Both the position numbers and the translations under genes were made by a program. A DNA stretch of 64,000 bases from positions 960,001 through 1,024,000 of the forward strand of contig CAWFGO010000001.1 in NCBI GenBank assembly GCA_963815455.1. The letters are read 5' to 3'. The notes under the pieces were generated by a model, which saw only the letters and a program-made list of their open reading frames with translations, ran no database searches and was not told the origin of the DNA. Below are positions 49,053 through 57,764 of the stretch, in pieces (positions within the stretch are counted from its first letter, which is position 1; each line of letters begins with the position of its first letter). The stretch is from an uncultured Verrucomicrobiae bacterium (GTDB lineage: Bacteria; Verrucomicrobiota; Verrucomicrobiia; Chthoniobacterales; UBA10450).

Positions 49053-50625
49053 ATGTCCGAATTAGCCGCCGCTCCCGCACTCGCCGGGTCCGCCTCGGTC
49101 GAAAGAACAAACCGGTGGCGGATCGGATTGCTCGCGGCGGTTTTTCTTTTTCTGTGGATTGAGGTCGTAAGACATCTGAGCGGGGAATGGTCGCTCAACC
49201 CCCAATACGGGTATGGCTGGGTGGTCCCTTTTCTTGCCCTTTTCCTTCTGTGGCAACGCTGGCCCGGTCGTCCCGCGCCCCAGTCTCCGGAAATGCGCGC
49301 CCTGCCCATCGCGCTCGTATTTGTTTGTGCTTTTCTTTTTCTTCCAATCCGATTTGTGGCCGAAGCAAATCCGGACTGGCGTCTGCTCAGTTGGGCGCTT
49401 GCCCTGGTTGCGGTGACGATGTCGATCCTGCTCGTCTATCTGGGCGGCGGAGGAAGCTGGGCACGATACTTCGCGTTTCCATTTTTCTTTTTTCTCGTCG
49501 CTGTCCCGTGGCCGGCTCGGTTTCGAGGAAATTGTGATCCAGGGCCTCATGCGCGCGGTCACGGCCATCAACGTGGTAGCTCTGAACATCGTCGGAGTGC
49601 CCGCGCTCCAGCACGGCAACGTGATCGAAGTCAGCTCGGGCCTCATCGGGATTGAGGAGGCCTGCAGCGGCGTCCGCTCCCTCCAGGCGACACTGATGAT
49701 CTCGCTCTTCCTGGGCGAACTCTACTCATTCACCGTCGGACGACGCTTCTTCTTGATTGTTGCGGGGGTGACGCTGGCGTTTGTCACCAATGTCATCCGG
49801 ACAGCCATTCTCGTTTGGATAGGCGCCAATCAGGGGATCCACGGCATCGAAGGCTGGCATGATCCGGCCGGCCTAACCATTCTGTTGGTATGCCTGTTTG
49901 GCCTCTGGGCAGTGAGTTTGTTCTTGCGACGACGGTCTCCCGCGCACTCGATGCCGCCTCAACACCAGATGACAACACCGCATTTTTCAGCGCCGCTCCT
50001 GGCGACTCTGGCCGTCTGGCTGGTCCTCGCTGAAGCCGGAGTCCAAGTTTGGTACGGACTTCACGCCCCGTCGGCAAGTTCGCGCTGGGTCGTCTCCTGG
50101 CCAGCCTCAGAATCTGAATACAAGACTGTCCCGATCGCCCCGGAAGCAGCGAGACTTCTTCGTTACAACGAAGGCGGCGGTGCACGCTGGAGCGGACCGA
50201 ATGGCCATCAATGGATGATGTACTTCTTTCGCTGGCTTCCCGGCCAGACCGCCGCCCGCTTCGTCAAAGTTCACCGGCCCGACATTTGTTTGCCCGCCAG
50301 CGGCCTCACCATGGTCCGCGACAATGGCATCCGGGTAATCACGGTGAATGACGTGAACCTGCCTCTTCGCTCCTATCTTTTCGATGACAGCGGCACGCCC
50401 CTTCACGTCTTCTACTGTTACTGGGACGCTCGATCCTCCTACGAAAATGCCGCTGCTGCGCAGGAAGAAGATTGGACGCCGCGCGGCCGGGTGCGTTCCG
50501 CGCTGCGCGGCCGGCGCGAAGCCGGTGCGCAAATGCTCGAAATCGTGGTGTGGGGTTACGAAAATGATATCGACGCGGAAGCCAGCGTGCGTCGGCAACT
50601 GGAACAAATGATTCGTTCGAGCTAA
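49053..50625 (+). CDS. Exosortase fused to an EpsI-like domain, split by a +1 frameshift at 49521-49523
   Basis: W..NPQYGYGW, VPWP, catalytic EACSGVRSL, N.IR, WHD; C-terminal H.PDICLP..G. Removing one T restores VPWPARFEEIVIQGL. Confidence 0.9.
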
Positions 50626-50637
50626 ACCCGAGCGACC

Positions 50638-50856
50638 TTACCCCTCAGCCGACTCCGGCACGGCTTTCTCGGCCGCCTGAAATCCGATCTTCGAGTGCGT
50701 TCCGTCGCAAAACGGTTTTTCCGTGGACGCCCCGCAACGGCAAAGCGCCATCCGCGGCTCGACCGGATATTTGTTTCCATCAGCGTCTTTGATTTCGACC
50801 GGCCCGGTCACGATGTAAGGCCCGTTTTTCCGCACCTCAATAGTTACTTCAGCCAT
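50638..50856 (-). CDS. CDGSH iron-sulfur domain protein
   Basis: NGPYIV..LCRCGASTEKPFCDGTH. Confidence 0.92.
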   Translation of the reverse strand: MAEVTIEVRKNGPYIVTGPVEIKDADGNKYPVEPRMALCRCGASTEKPFCDGTHSKIGFQAAEKAVPESAEG

Positions 50857-50900
50857 AATTGATTACCTCTCACGATCTCGACTCGCTGACAAGATTGAGC

Positions 50901-52265
50901 CTACTCTGGGCCGATGGCGTCTCGCAGCCAGCCTTCGATCTGCCGAAACAGAATCCCCAGCGCCGCGCCGGGTGTTTCTTTGATCGCTTCCACGATGCGC
51001 GGACTCAAATCCTGCTCCGGGTTATCGATTGTTCCGGAAAAATGCACTGTGGTCCACAAATAGCCGTCGTGTTCGCGCGGGAAAACTTCTTCCCAATTCG
51101 GCAGCCAGTCGAGAAGGCGACGCGCCACGCCTAATTCGATTGCGCCGCCTAACGCTTTATTGTCGATCTTGATTATTCCCTCCGCCCGAAACTTTCCTTT
51201 GTCTTCGATTGCGATGTTCTTGAACTCTGCCCGCGGATAATCCCAGTCCAGCCCGAACGAACAATCATTTAGTGTCAGTCGCTCCAGCGCTTTCTCATTC
51301 GTTAACGTTGCCAGCTTCTTCAGAAACGGCAGGTTGCTGACACGCGCCTGATCCACCCTCAATTCTGCTTCAATGCGCGACGCCTCCAGCTTCGGATTCC
51401 TGCCTTTCCAATGGACCCTGCCCGTTGCCGCACCGGTAACATGTTCGCGCCAGCCGCCCGGCAGCCAGTCGTCGATCGGCATTTGGCGGATGTCGATCCT
51501 GCAATCGACACTCTTGTCTGCGCCGGTTCCGGCTCGACCTTCCATGTGAATGCTCCCGGTCTCGCCCGTTTGTGGTTTCACATCGAGTTGGTAAAGCGTC
51601 AGCCATTTTTTCGTGATCAACATCCGCGTTTGCTCCAAGCGCAGATCGGGGATCAATGCGCTCTTCATCGTTCCGCCTGTCGCTTGATAATCAAAATCGC
51701 GCCCATGCGGCGTGATGAGCAATCGCGTCCCGAAAAATCCGCCCTGTTTGCTGCGAAACATCCAGGTCACATCCGCCGGCCCCGATTCCACTCTCTTCAA
51801 ATAAACGCGGGCGGGCAGAAGAATGTGATACCACGGCTTCGCCGGCGTCGGTTCCGGCTTCGGCTCGTAAACCTGGATCCCAACTTCGCCGCCCTCGATA
51901 TGAACCTGGTCGAGCTGCCAGCGCCGCAGAAAAATCCCCCACGGATTAAACTTGGCCCTGATCCCGCGCGCATCCATCGACCGCAACGCTTTCCATCCGT
52001 CGTGCGCTTCAAACCCCGCGCTCTCCGCCGTCCACATCCCGGTCTGCCGGATCGCCTCGTAATGCCCGTTGGGGAAATGCAAGCCTTTGGCCGTTTCCCG
52101 TTCCAGCATCGCGCGAAACTTGTCGCTCTCGACGTAGCGATCGATCCTCGAACCAAAGACTGCCGTTGCCGCAAAAGGCAATCCGACAACAATCAACAAC
52201 AACCCAGCGATCGCGATGGCACTGATTCGCCAGAGTTTGTGTTGCCGAAAAAATCGTAGCATCAC
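50901..52265 (-). CDS. Membrane-anchored beta-rich hypothetical protein (AsmA-like)
   Basis: N-terminal TM; amphipathic strands; C-terminal V.FSGT.DNP..DL. Confidence 0.5.
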   Translation of the reverse strand: MMLRFFRQHKLWRISAIAIAGLLLIVVGLPFAATAVFGSRIDRYVESDKFRAMLERETAKGLHFPNGHYEAIRQTGMWTAESAGFEAHDGWKALRSMDARGIRAKFNPWGIFLRRWQLDQVHIEGGEVGIQVYEPKPEPTPAKPWYHILLPARVYLKRVESGPADVTWMFRSKQGGFFGTRLLITPHGRDFDYQATGGTMKSALIPDLRLEQTRMLITKKWLTLYQLDVKPQTGETGSIHMEGRAGTGADKSVDCRIDIRQMPIDDWLPGGWREHVTGAATGRVHWKGRNPKLEASRIEAELRVDQARVSNLPFLKKLATLTNEKALERLTLNDCSFGLDWDYPRAEFKNIAIEDKGKFRAEGIIKIDNKALGGAIELGVARRLLDWLPNWEEVFPREHDGYLWTTVHFSGTIDNPEQDLSPRIVEAIKETPGAALGILFRQIEGWLRDAIGPE

Positions 52266-52304
52266 ATACCAATCGTGCCAGCGATCCGATAAGCCGGAAA
52301 TAGA

Positions 52305-53714
52305 TCAGGGCAAAATCGAACCCGCCGGATAGAGCACGCCATTTTTCATCACGCTGTCGATGTCCGACGCGTGGGCGATGTCGTCGAGCGGATTGGAATT
52401 CAGGATGACCAGATCGGCGAAATTGCCTTTGTCGATCCTGCCGATATGCGCGCCGGTTTCGCCACCGAAAAATTTCGCGGCATTCACCGTGGTGCATTGA
52501 AGAATTTGCATCGGAGTGAGCCCGGCTTCCTTCATCAGCTGAAACTCGCGGAACAACGCCGGGCCATGAATCGTGCCGATGTTCCCGGCATCGGTGCCGG
52601 CTGCAATCGTCACGCCGGCGTCCTCAAGGGTTTTCAGATTCTTCAAAGCGACATCGTAGGTTTTCTTTATGCGATCCAGCGCCGCGTCGGGATCTGCCAG
52701 CGCGGTCTTAATGCGGTCAGGCAATTGATCCTTGGGAATCTTTGTCACGTCTAACGTGGCGATCACTTCCGGGTTGCCCCACGCTTTTTCTTCCGGCGTC
52801 AAATTCAACTTGTTGGCGAAGGTGCGTCCGTAACGCTCGAACACCACCAGCGTCGGCGTAAGAATCACATGTCGATCCTTCAACAGCTTCACGAATGCGT
52901 CATCGACCGGTTTATCGATCACGCTGTGGACGAGCACATCGGCGCCTTCTTCGACTGCGGCGCGGGCCGTTTCCAGTTCGGTCGCATGCACCGCCACCCG
53001 AATCTTGTGGCCATGGCTTTCCTCGATCGTCGCCCGCACAATCGGCCGGAAACTGTCGACCGGATGATCCTTGTCGACGATGTACCAGATTTTCACGAGG
53101 TCCGGATTTTGCGGGACCAGTTTGCGCACGAACTCGCGGGCCTGCTCCGGGCTGTCGATCTTCACAATCGGCGGATCGCCCAGGTCGAGCTGCGGTCGCG
53201 ACACGCTCGAGATCAACGGCCCGGCCACGGCCACGCGGGGAGCTTTCGCGGTCGCGTTGGCAATCTTGCGCACCTCGAAATTCCAAAACGGCCCGCCGAC
53301 ATCGACGACGCTGGTGATCCCGCTGCGCAGATAGCGCGAGAATGTGTCGGCCAAATGCGATTTGATCCACGCCACTTCGTCCTGGTACGAACGCACCTTG
53401 GTCAGATCGACAACGTCAGGCCGGGTAAAAAGATCGCCCGACTGAAAGAAATGCACATGGGTGTCGATGTAGCCGGGCAAAATGAACTTGCCGGCGCAAT
53501 TGATCTGTTTCCCGAGCGCAGCCGCATCCTGTTTGCCGGCAGAGACGCGTTCAATCTTGTCTCCGTTGATCACGATCGTGGCGTTCTCCATTTTCTTCCC
53601 GCCCCCAGGATTGATGACCGTGCCGCCAATTAACGAAATCCGCTCGGCCCGCGCCGCCACACTCGCTAACGCGATCGCGGCGATCGTTATCAAATATAAT
53701 TTGCAATGTTTCAT
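52305..53714 (-). CDS. Secreted amidohydrolase-family protein
   Basis: PGYIDTHVH, VKI, AVHA, GTDAG, GRI..G.FADLVIL..NPL.DI. Confidence 0.9.
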   Translation of the reverse strand: MKHCKLYLITIAAIALASVAARAERISLIGGTVINPGGGKKMENATIVINGDKIERVSAGKQDAAALGKQINCAGKFILPGYIDTHVHFFQSGDLFTRPDVVDLTKVRSYQDEVAWIKSHLADTFSRYLRSGITSVVDVGGPFWNFEVRKIANATAKAPRVAVAGPLISSVSRPQLDLGDPPIVKIDSPEQAREFVRKLVPQNPDLVKIWYIVDKDHPVDSFRPIVRATIEESHGHKIRVAVHATELETARAAVEEGADVLVHSVIDKPVDDAFVKLLKDRHVILTPTLVVFERYGRTFANKLNLTPEEKAWGNPEVIATLDVTKIPKDQLPDRIKTALADPDAALDRIKKTYDVALKNLKTLEDAGVTIAAGTDAGNIGTIHGPALFREFQLMKEAGLTPMQILQCTTVNAAKFFGGETGAHIGRIDKGNFADLVILNSNPLDDIAHASDIDSVMKNGVLYPAGSILP

Positions 53715-54736
53715 TGGATTTTCGCCTCCTCGGCAATTTTCAGAACGATCTTGCCACGGGTGTGATGGGTCGCGGCCTGCTCATCGGCCTTGGCGGCATC
53801 TGCTAATGGCAATACCTGCGTGACGATCGGTTTCAGTTTTTTGTCGTCGATCAGTTTCGTGATCTCGGCCAGTTCTTTCGCATCCGGATGCGAACCGAGC
53901 GATTCCCCGCGAATCTCATGCTTCTTCAACTCGGCTGGATCACAGCGCGCAACCAGCGTGACAATCATTCCGCCTTTCTTCACCACCGCGTAAGAGCGGG
54001 CCAGGGTATCGTGGCCGACCGGATCGATCACCACATCGACATTGTTGGCCACCTCCTCGAACTTCGTTTTGGTGTAATCTATCGCTACGTCGGCGCCGAG
54101 CTGTTTCAGCAAATCCTGGTTTGCTGTCGAAGCGGTGGCGATCACTCTCGCACCGCGCGCCTTGGCGATTTGAATGGCGAAGCTACCGACGCCGCCGGAG
54201 CCGCCATGAATCAGCACCGTCTGGCCCTTGTCGATCTTTGCCACGTCAATCAACGCCTGCCATGCGGTCAGCGCAGCGAGTGGAACAGACGACGCGTCGA
54301 CCAGACTGAGCAACTTGGGTGTAATCGCAGCTTCACCTTCATTGGTCACGCAATACTCGGCCCAGCCGCCGCCCCAAAGCAGGTAAGCATAAACCGGATC
54401 GCCAATTTTCAGTTTCGCAACTTTCGCGCCGGCCTTTACCACGATGCCCGCCATGTCGTAACCAAGAATCAGTGGTAAATGCGTCCCGAACTCTTTCGCA
54501 TACTTGCCGCCAAGAATCAGAGGATCGGCTGGGTTCACTCCGCTGGCAATCACTCGGACCAGCACTTCGTTTTCCTTCGGCTCGGGCAAAGGAATTTCTT
54601 CCAGCTTCAGGACTGCAGGTCCGCCGTATTCGTGCGCTACGACGGCTTTCATTACCTTCGGGAGCGGTTGCGTAAAGGCCATTCCAGGTACTGCACAAAC
54701 CAACAGCGAGATAGCCACACGCGATCGGAAACTCAT
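53711..54736 (-). CDS. NADP-dependent MDR/quinone oxidoreductase
   Basis: GVNPAD, PLAALTAWQAL, HGGSGGVG, GKIVL. Confidence 0.9.
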   Translation of the reverse strand: MSFRSRVAISLLVCAVPGMAFTQPLPKVMKAVVAHEYGGPAVLKLEEIPLPEPKENEVLVRVIASGVNPADPLILGGKYAKEFGTHLPLILGYDMAGIVVKAGAKVAKLKIGDPVYAYLLWGGGWAEYCVTNEGEAAITPKLLSLVDASSVPLAALTAWQALIDVAKIDKGQTVLIHGGSGGVGSFAIQIAKARGARVIATASTANQDLLKQLGADVAIDYTKTKFEEVANNVDVVIDPVGHDTLARSYAVVKKGGMIVTLVARCDPAELKKHEIRGESLGSHPDAKELAEITKLIDDKKLKPIVTQVLPLADAAKADEQAATHHTRGKIVLKIAEEAKIQ

Positions 54737-54773
54737 ATTATCCGAACCTTCCGCGACGCGACCATTAACACAA

Positions 54774-54825
54774 GGTAGGGACGTTTCTCCGAAACGTCCG
54801 TCGAAATTTATCGGACGGCCTCGGA
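54774..54825. repeat. GTAG-type REP (partial doublet)
   Basis: GGTAGGGACGTTTC-TCC-GAAACGTCC hairpin followed by a truncated inverted copy. Confidence 0.65.
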
Positions 54826-54865
54826 TATTGCCGCTGACAGCCCTGCGCCCTAGCGGCTAAGCTCT

Positions 54866-55006
54866 TTCACCACGCTCCAACGGCTCAAGGTCCCGTCGAA
54901 GATGCTCTATTTCCCCGACGAAGGCCATTGGGTGCTCAAGCCGCAAAACAGCCGGCTCTGGTATAAAACGGTGAACGATTGGGTAGATCAGTGGTGCAAG
55001 CGGTGA
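54866..55006 (+). pseudogene. C-terminal remnant of an S9 prolyl oligopeptidase-family peptidase
   Basis: FTTLQRLKVPSKMLYFPDEGHWVLKPQNSRLWYKTVNDWVDQWCKR*, containing the catalytic-His motif FPDEGH. Confidence 0.8.
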
Positions 55007-55012
55007 GCGCCC

Positions 55013-55192
55013 TGTCATCCTGAGCGAAGCGAAGGACCTCGCGAGAGGTAACTGGCAAGCCGAACTATCGTTGGCGCAGCCATCAGGAAGGCAAACGAGC
55101 GGGACTTCTGCAGGGAGCGTCTGCGCACCCTTACTCGTGGGTTGTGGGGAAGTTCGAGAGGTCCCTCGCCGTCTTCGCGGCTCGGGATGACA
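55013..55192. repeat. GTCATCC-family palindromic element
   Basis: TGTCATCCTGAGC...GCTCGGGATGACA; same family as 9772-9864. Confidence 0.8.
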
Positions 55193-55203
55193 AGGCGGCG
55201 AAG

Positions 55204-55231
55204 TTGACATGCAACTAATTGGTTGCATAAT
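55204..55231 (+). promoter_or_regulatory. sigma70 promoter overlapped by a palindromic operator
   Basis: TTGACA-N16-CATAAT containing ATGCAAC-N6-GTTGCAT. Confidence 0.7.
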
Positions 55232-55242
55232 TCACGCGTTCG

Positions 55243-55560
55243 ATGGAAACCGTCTTTAAAGCCCTGGCCAGCCCCGGCCGGCGAGCCTTGCTCGACCAGT
55301 TGCACGACCATAATGGCCAGACCTTGGGCGAGCTTTGCCAGCACCTCGAAATGACCCGACAAGGGGTGACCAAGCACCTCGCCCTGCTCGTAAAGGCCAA
55401 CCTGGTCGTCCCCCTTTGGCGGGGCCGGGAGAAACTCCATTACCTCAACCCCGCTCCGATCCTTCAGATCTCTGAGCGCTGGATCGACAAATACCCGGGC
55501 CGAATTCCGGTCGCCTTGCGCGAACTGGAGCAGGGGCTCGATGCGATCGGTTCGGGGTAA
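55243..55560 (+). CDS. ArsR/SmtB-family transcriptional regulator
   Basis: FKALASPGRR.LL, MTRQGVTKHL.LL, GREKLHYLN. Confidence 0.9.
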   Translation: METVFKALASPGRRALLDQLHDHNGQTLGELCQHLEMTRQGVTKHLALLVKANLVVPLWRGREKLHYLNPAPILQISERWIDKYPGRIPVALRELEQGLDAIGSG

Positions 55561-55583
55561 GCCTCGTACATGTCGATTCCCTT

Positions 55584-55725
55584 TCTGGGGAGCAGTCGCC
55601 GCGGCGACCCAGCCTGTCATTGCCGGCAGCTTGCCGGCAACATTCCGCGACCGCGTTCGCGCGAAATCCGGAGACATCCCGGCAAGCTGCCGAGATGGAC
55701 AGGCTAACAGCCTGTGCTCCCCAGA
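55584..55725. repeat. GGAGCAC-family palindromic element
   Basis: TCTGGGGAGCA...CAGCCTGTGCTCCCCAGA; inner CGGCAAGCTGCCG shared with 14071. Confidence 0.75.
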
Positions 55726-55775
55726 GTCGAAGACTTGCGCTAATCGAAGGTGAACGTGAATCTCTTAGTTCTCCG

Positions 55776-56768
55776 GTGGAACAACTCACACAAGCATTCG
55801 TATTAGGCGCCGGACTCGGGACCCGTTTGCGCCCGCTTACGGACGACATACCGAAACCGTTGGTACCGATTTTTCAAAAGCCGTTGATCACTTTCGCTTT
55901 CGATCATTTGATTGGCCTCGGAATTTCGAAGTTCTTCGTGAACACCCATCACCGGCCGGAGCGGTTTTCGGAATTATTTGGGGGGCAATTCGACGGACGG
56001 CCCGGAGATCGGTCCCTACCTGGATATTGCAATCGCCCAATCGATTTTTTTCACGAGCCGGTGTTGCTCGAAACTGCCGGCGGCATCGCGAACATCGCCG
56101 ATTCGCTAAGCGCCGAGCCGCTCCTGGTTTACAATGGCGACATTCTAACCGATCTGCCGCTGGCTCCGTTGATCGAGAATCACTTCCGGTCCGGCAATTT
56201 GGTTACGCTCGCGCTGCGATCCGAGCGCGGACCGCAACACATTTCACTCGATTCGAATACTGGCCGGATCATCGACATCCACAATCAGCTCGGCACCGGA
56301 TCTCCCGAGGAATTCGTTTTTACCGGCATCTACATTGTGAATCGGAAATTTGTCGATGTTCTCGAGCGCGGCGTGACACGCTCCGTCATTCCGCATTTCA
56401 TCGAGCTGATTCGACGCCGGGAAAAGATCGGCGGCGTTGTCATCGACGAAGGGCATTGGTGGGATGTGGGTAATCGGGAAGCATATCTGCAGCTGCATCG
56501 CGAGTTGCCGGCCCTGAGTTTCCCAGCTTATCCGGTGCACGATCCGGATTGGCGGGAATCAGTTCACCCGACGGCGATTGTCGATCCTACCGCGCGGGTG
56601 CGCGGTTGTTCGGTCATCGGAAAAGATTGCCGCGTGGAAGCGGACGCGATTCTCGATGACACGATTCTGTGGCCCGGTGCACAAATTGCTTCCCGAAGCG
56701 AGTTGGTTGGTTGTATTGTCCGCTCCGACAAAAAAGTCAGCGGCGTCCATCGCAACATCGACATCTGA
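55776..56768 (+). CDS. Sugar-phosphate nucleotidyltransferase (MurU-like) with a short hexapeptide tail
   Basis: LGAGLGTRLRPLT..PKPL, LETAGGI, NGD, W.DVG; GTG start; upstream of an AmgK-like kinase. Confidence 0.8.
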   Translation: MEQLTQAFVLGAGLGTRLRPLTDDIPKPLVPIFQKPLITFAFDHLIGLGISKFFVNTHHRPERFSELFGGQFDGRPGDRSLPGYCNRPIDFFHEPVLLETAGGIANIADSLSAEPLLVYNGDILTDLPLAPLIENHFRSGNLVTLALRSERGPQHISLDSNTGRIIDIHNQLGTGSPEEFVFTGIYIVNRKFVDVLERGVTRSVIPHFIELIRRREKIGGVVIDEGHWWDVGNREAYLQLHRELPALSFPAYPVHDPDWRESVHPTAIVDPTARVRGCSVIGKDCRVEADAILDDTILWPGAQIASRSELVGCIVRSDKKVSGVHRNIDI

Positions 56769-56772
56769 TCCC

Positions 56773-57764
56773 ATGCGCACCGAACTCCTTCTTCGGCAAA
56801 CCCGGATCCATTTCCCGCGGTTCGACGTGGACAAGGTCGAGATCACGCCGATCGAGAAAGGCGGCTCGGACCGCAAATTTTACCGGGTCCGTTCCTCGCC
56901 GGATCAAACGATCATTCTTGTTAAGTACAGTCTGGAACGCGAAGAGAACCGGCATTACGTCCGGATCGCGGAGTTTCTCGACCGAACATGGGATTCGTGT
57001 GCCGAAGATTTATTTCCACGACCCGGCCGAAGGTCTGATCTGGATCGAGGACCTGGGCGAGCGCGATCTTTTCGGTTATCGCGACGAAAGCTGGCTGGTG
57101 CGCCGCGCTTTCTACGAATCGGCTCTGGACGAAATCGCGAAGCTGCACCGTTTACCTGGCGAGCTCGGTCAGAGCATCAAGGAAAGTTTGCCTGCTGAAT
57201 TCAACGCCGCGCTGTATCGCTGGGAACAGAATTACTTTTTCGAGAACTGCCTGGGCGGTTACTTCAAGATCGACAGTGGAAAGCTCGGCGCGCTCACCGC
57301 GTTGCCGGCGCTAAATGAAATTGCCGAGCAGCTCGGTCGGCTGCCGCGGGTTCTTGATTCATCGCGATTTTCAGTCGCAAAATATTATTATTCGCAACGG
57401 GCAGGCTTGCCTCATCGATTTCCAAGGGATGCGGCCCGGTCTTGGCCAATACGATCTCGCTTCGTTGCTCTACGATCCCTATGTCGATCTTACCGATGCG
57501 GAGCGGGCTGAACTGACCGCTTATTATCGCGACGTGCAGACCGAGAACGGAGTTGCGGTGGACGGCGAGTTCGATTTCACATTGCGACTTTGCGCAATGC
57601 AACGCCTGATGCAGGCACTGGGCGCTTATGGATTTCTCGGGCTCGTTAAAGGGCACAAGAGTTTTCTCCAGCATATTCCGAAAGCGCTGAACTCGTTGCG
57701 CGGCGTGATCAGTAGAATTGGCGGCTTGAGCGATCTGGAAAAAGCGCTCGCACCGCTAAAGTGA
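56773..57764 (+). CDS. AmgK-like aminoglycoside-phosphotransferase-family sugar kinase, with two +1 frameshifts (near 56980 and 57355)
   Basis: GGSDRKFYR, IEDLG, HRDFQSQN, IDFQG, YDLASLL.D, QALGAYGFL spread over three frames. Confidence 0.85.

Noticed and set aside
49521..49523. Programmed frameshift or phase variation in the exosortase
   Set aside because: Only a T3 run with no slippery heptamer or tandem repeat, and similar +1 events hit housekeeping genes.
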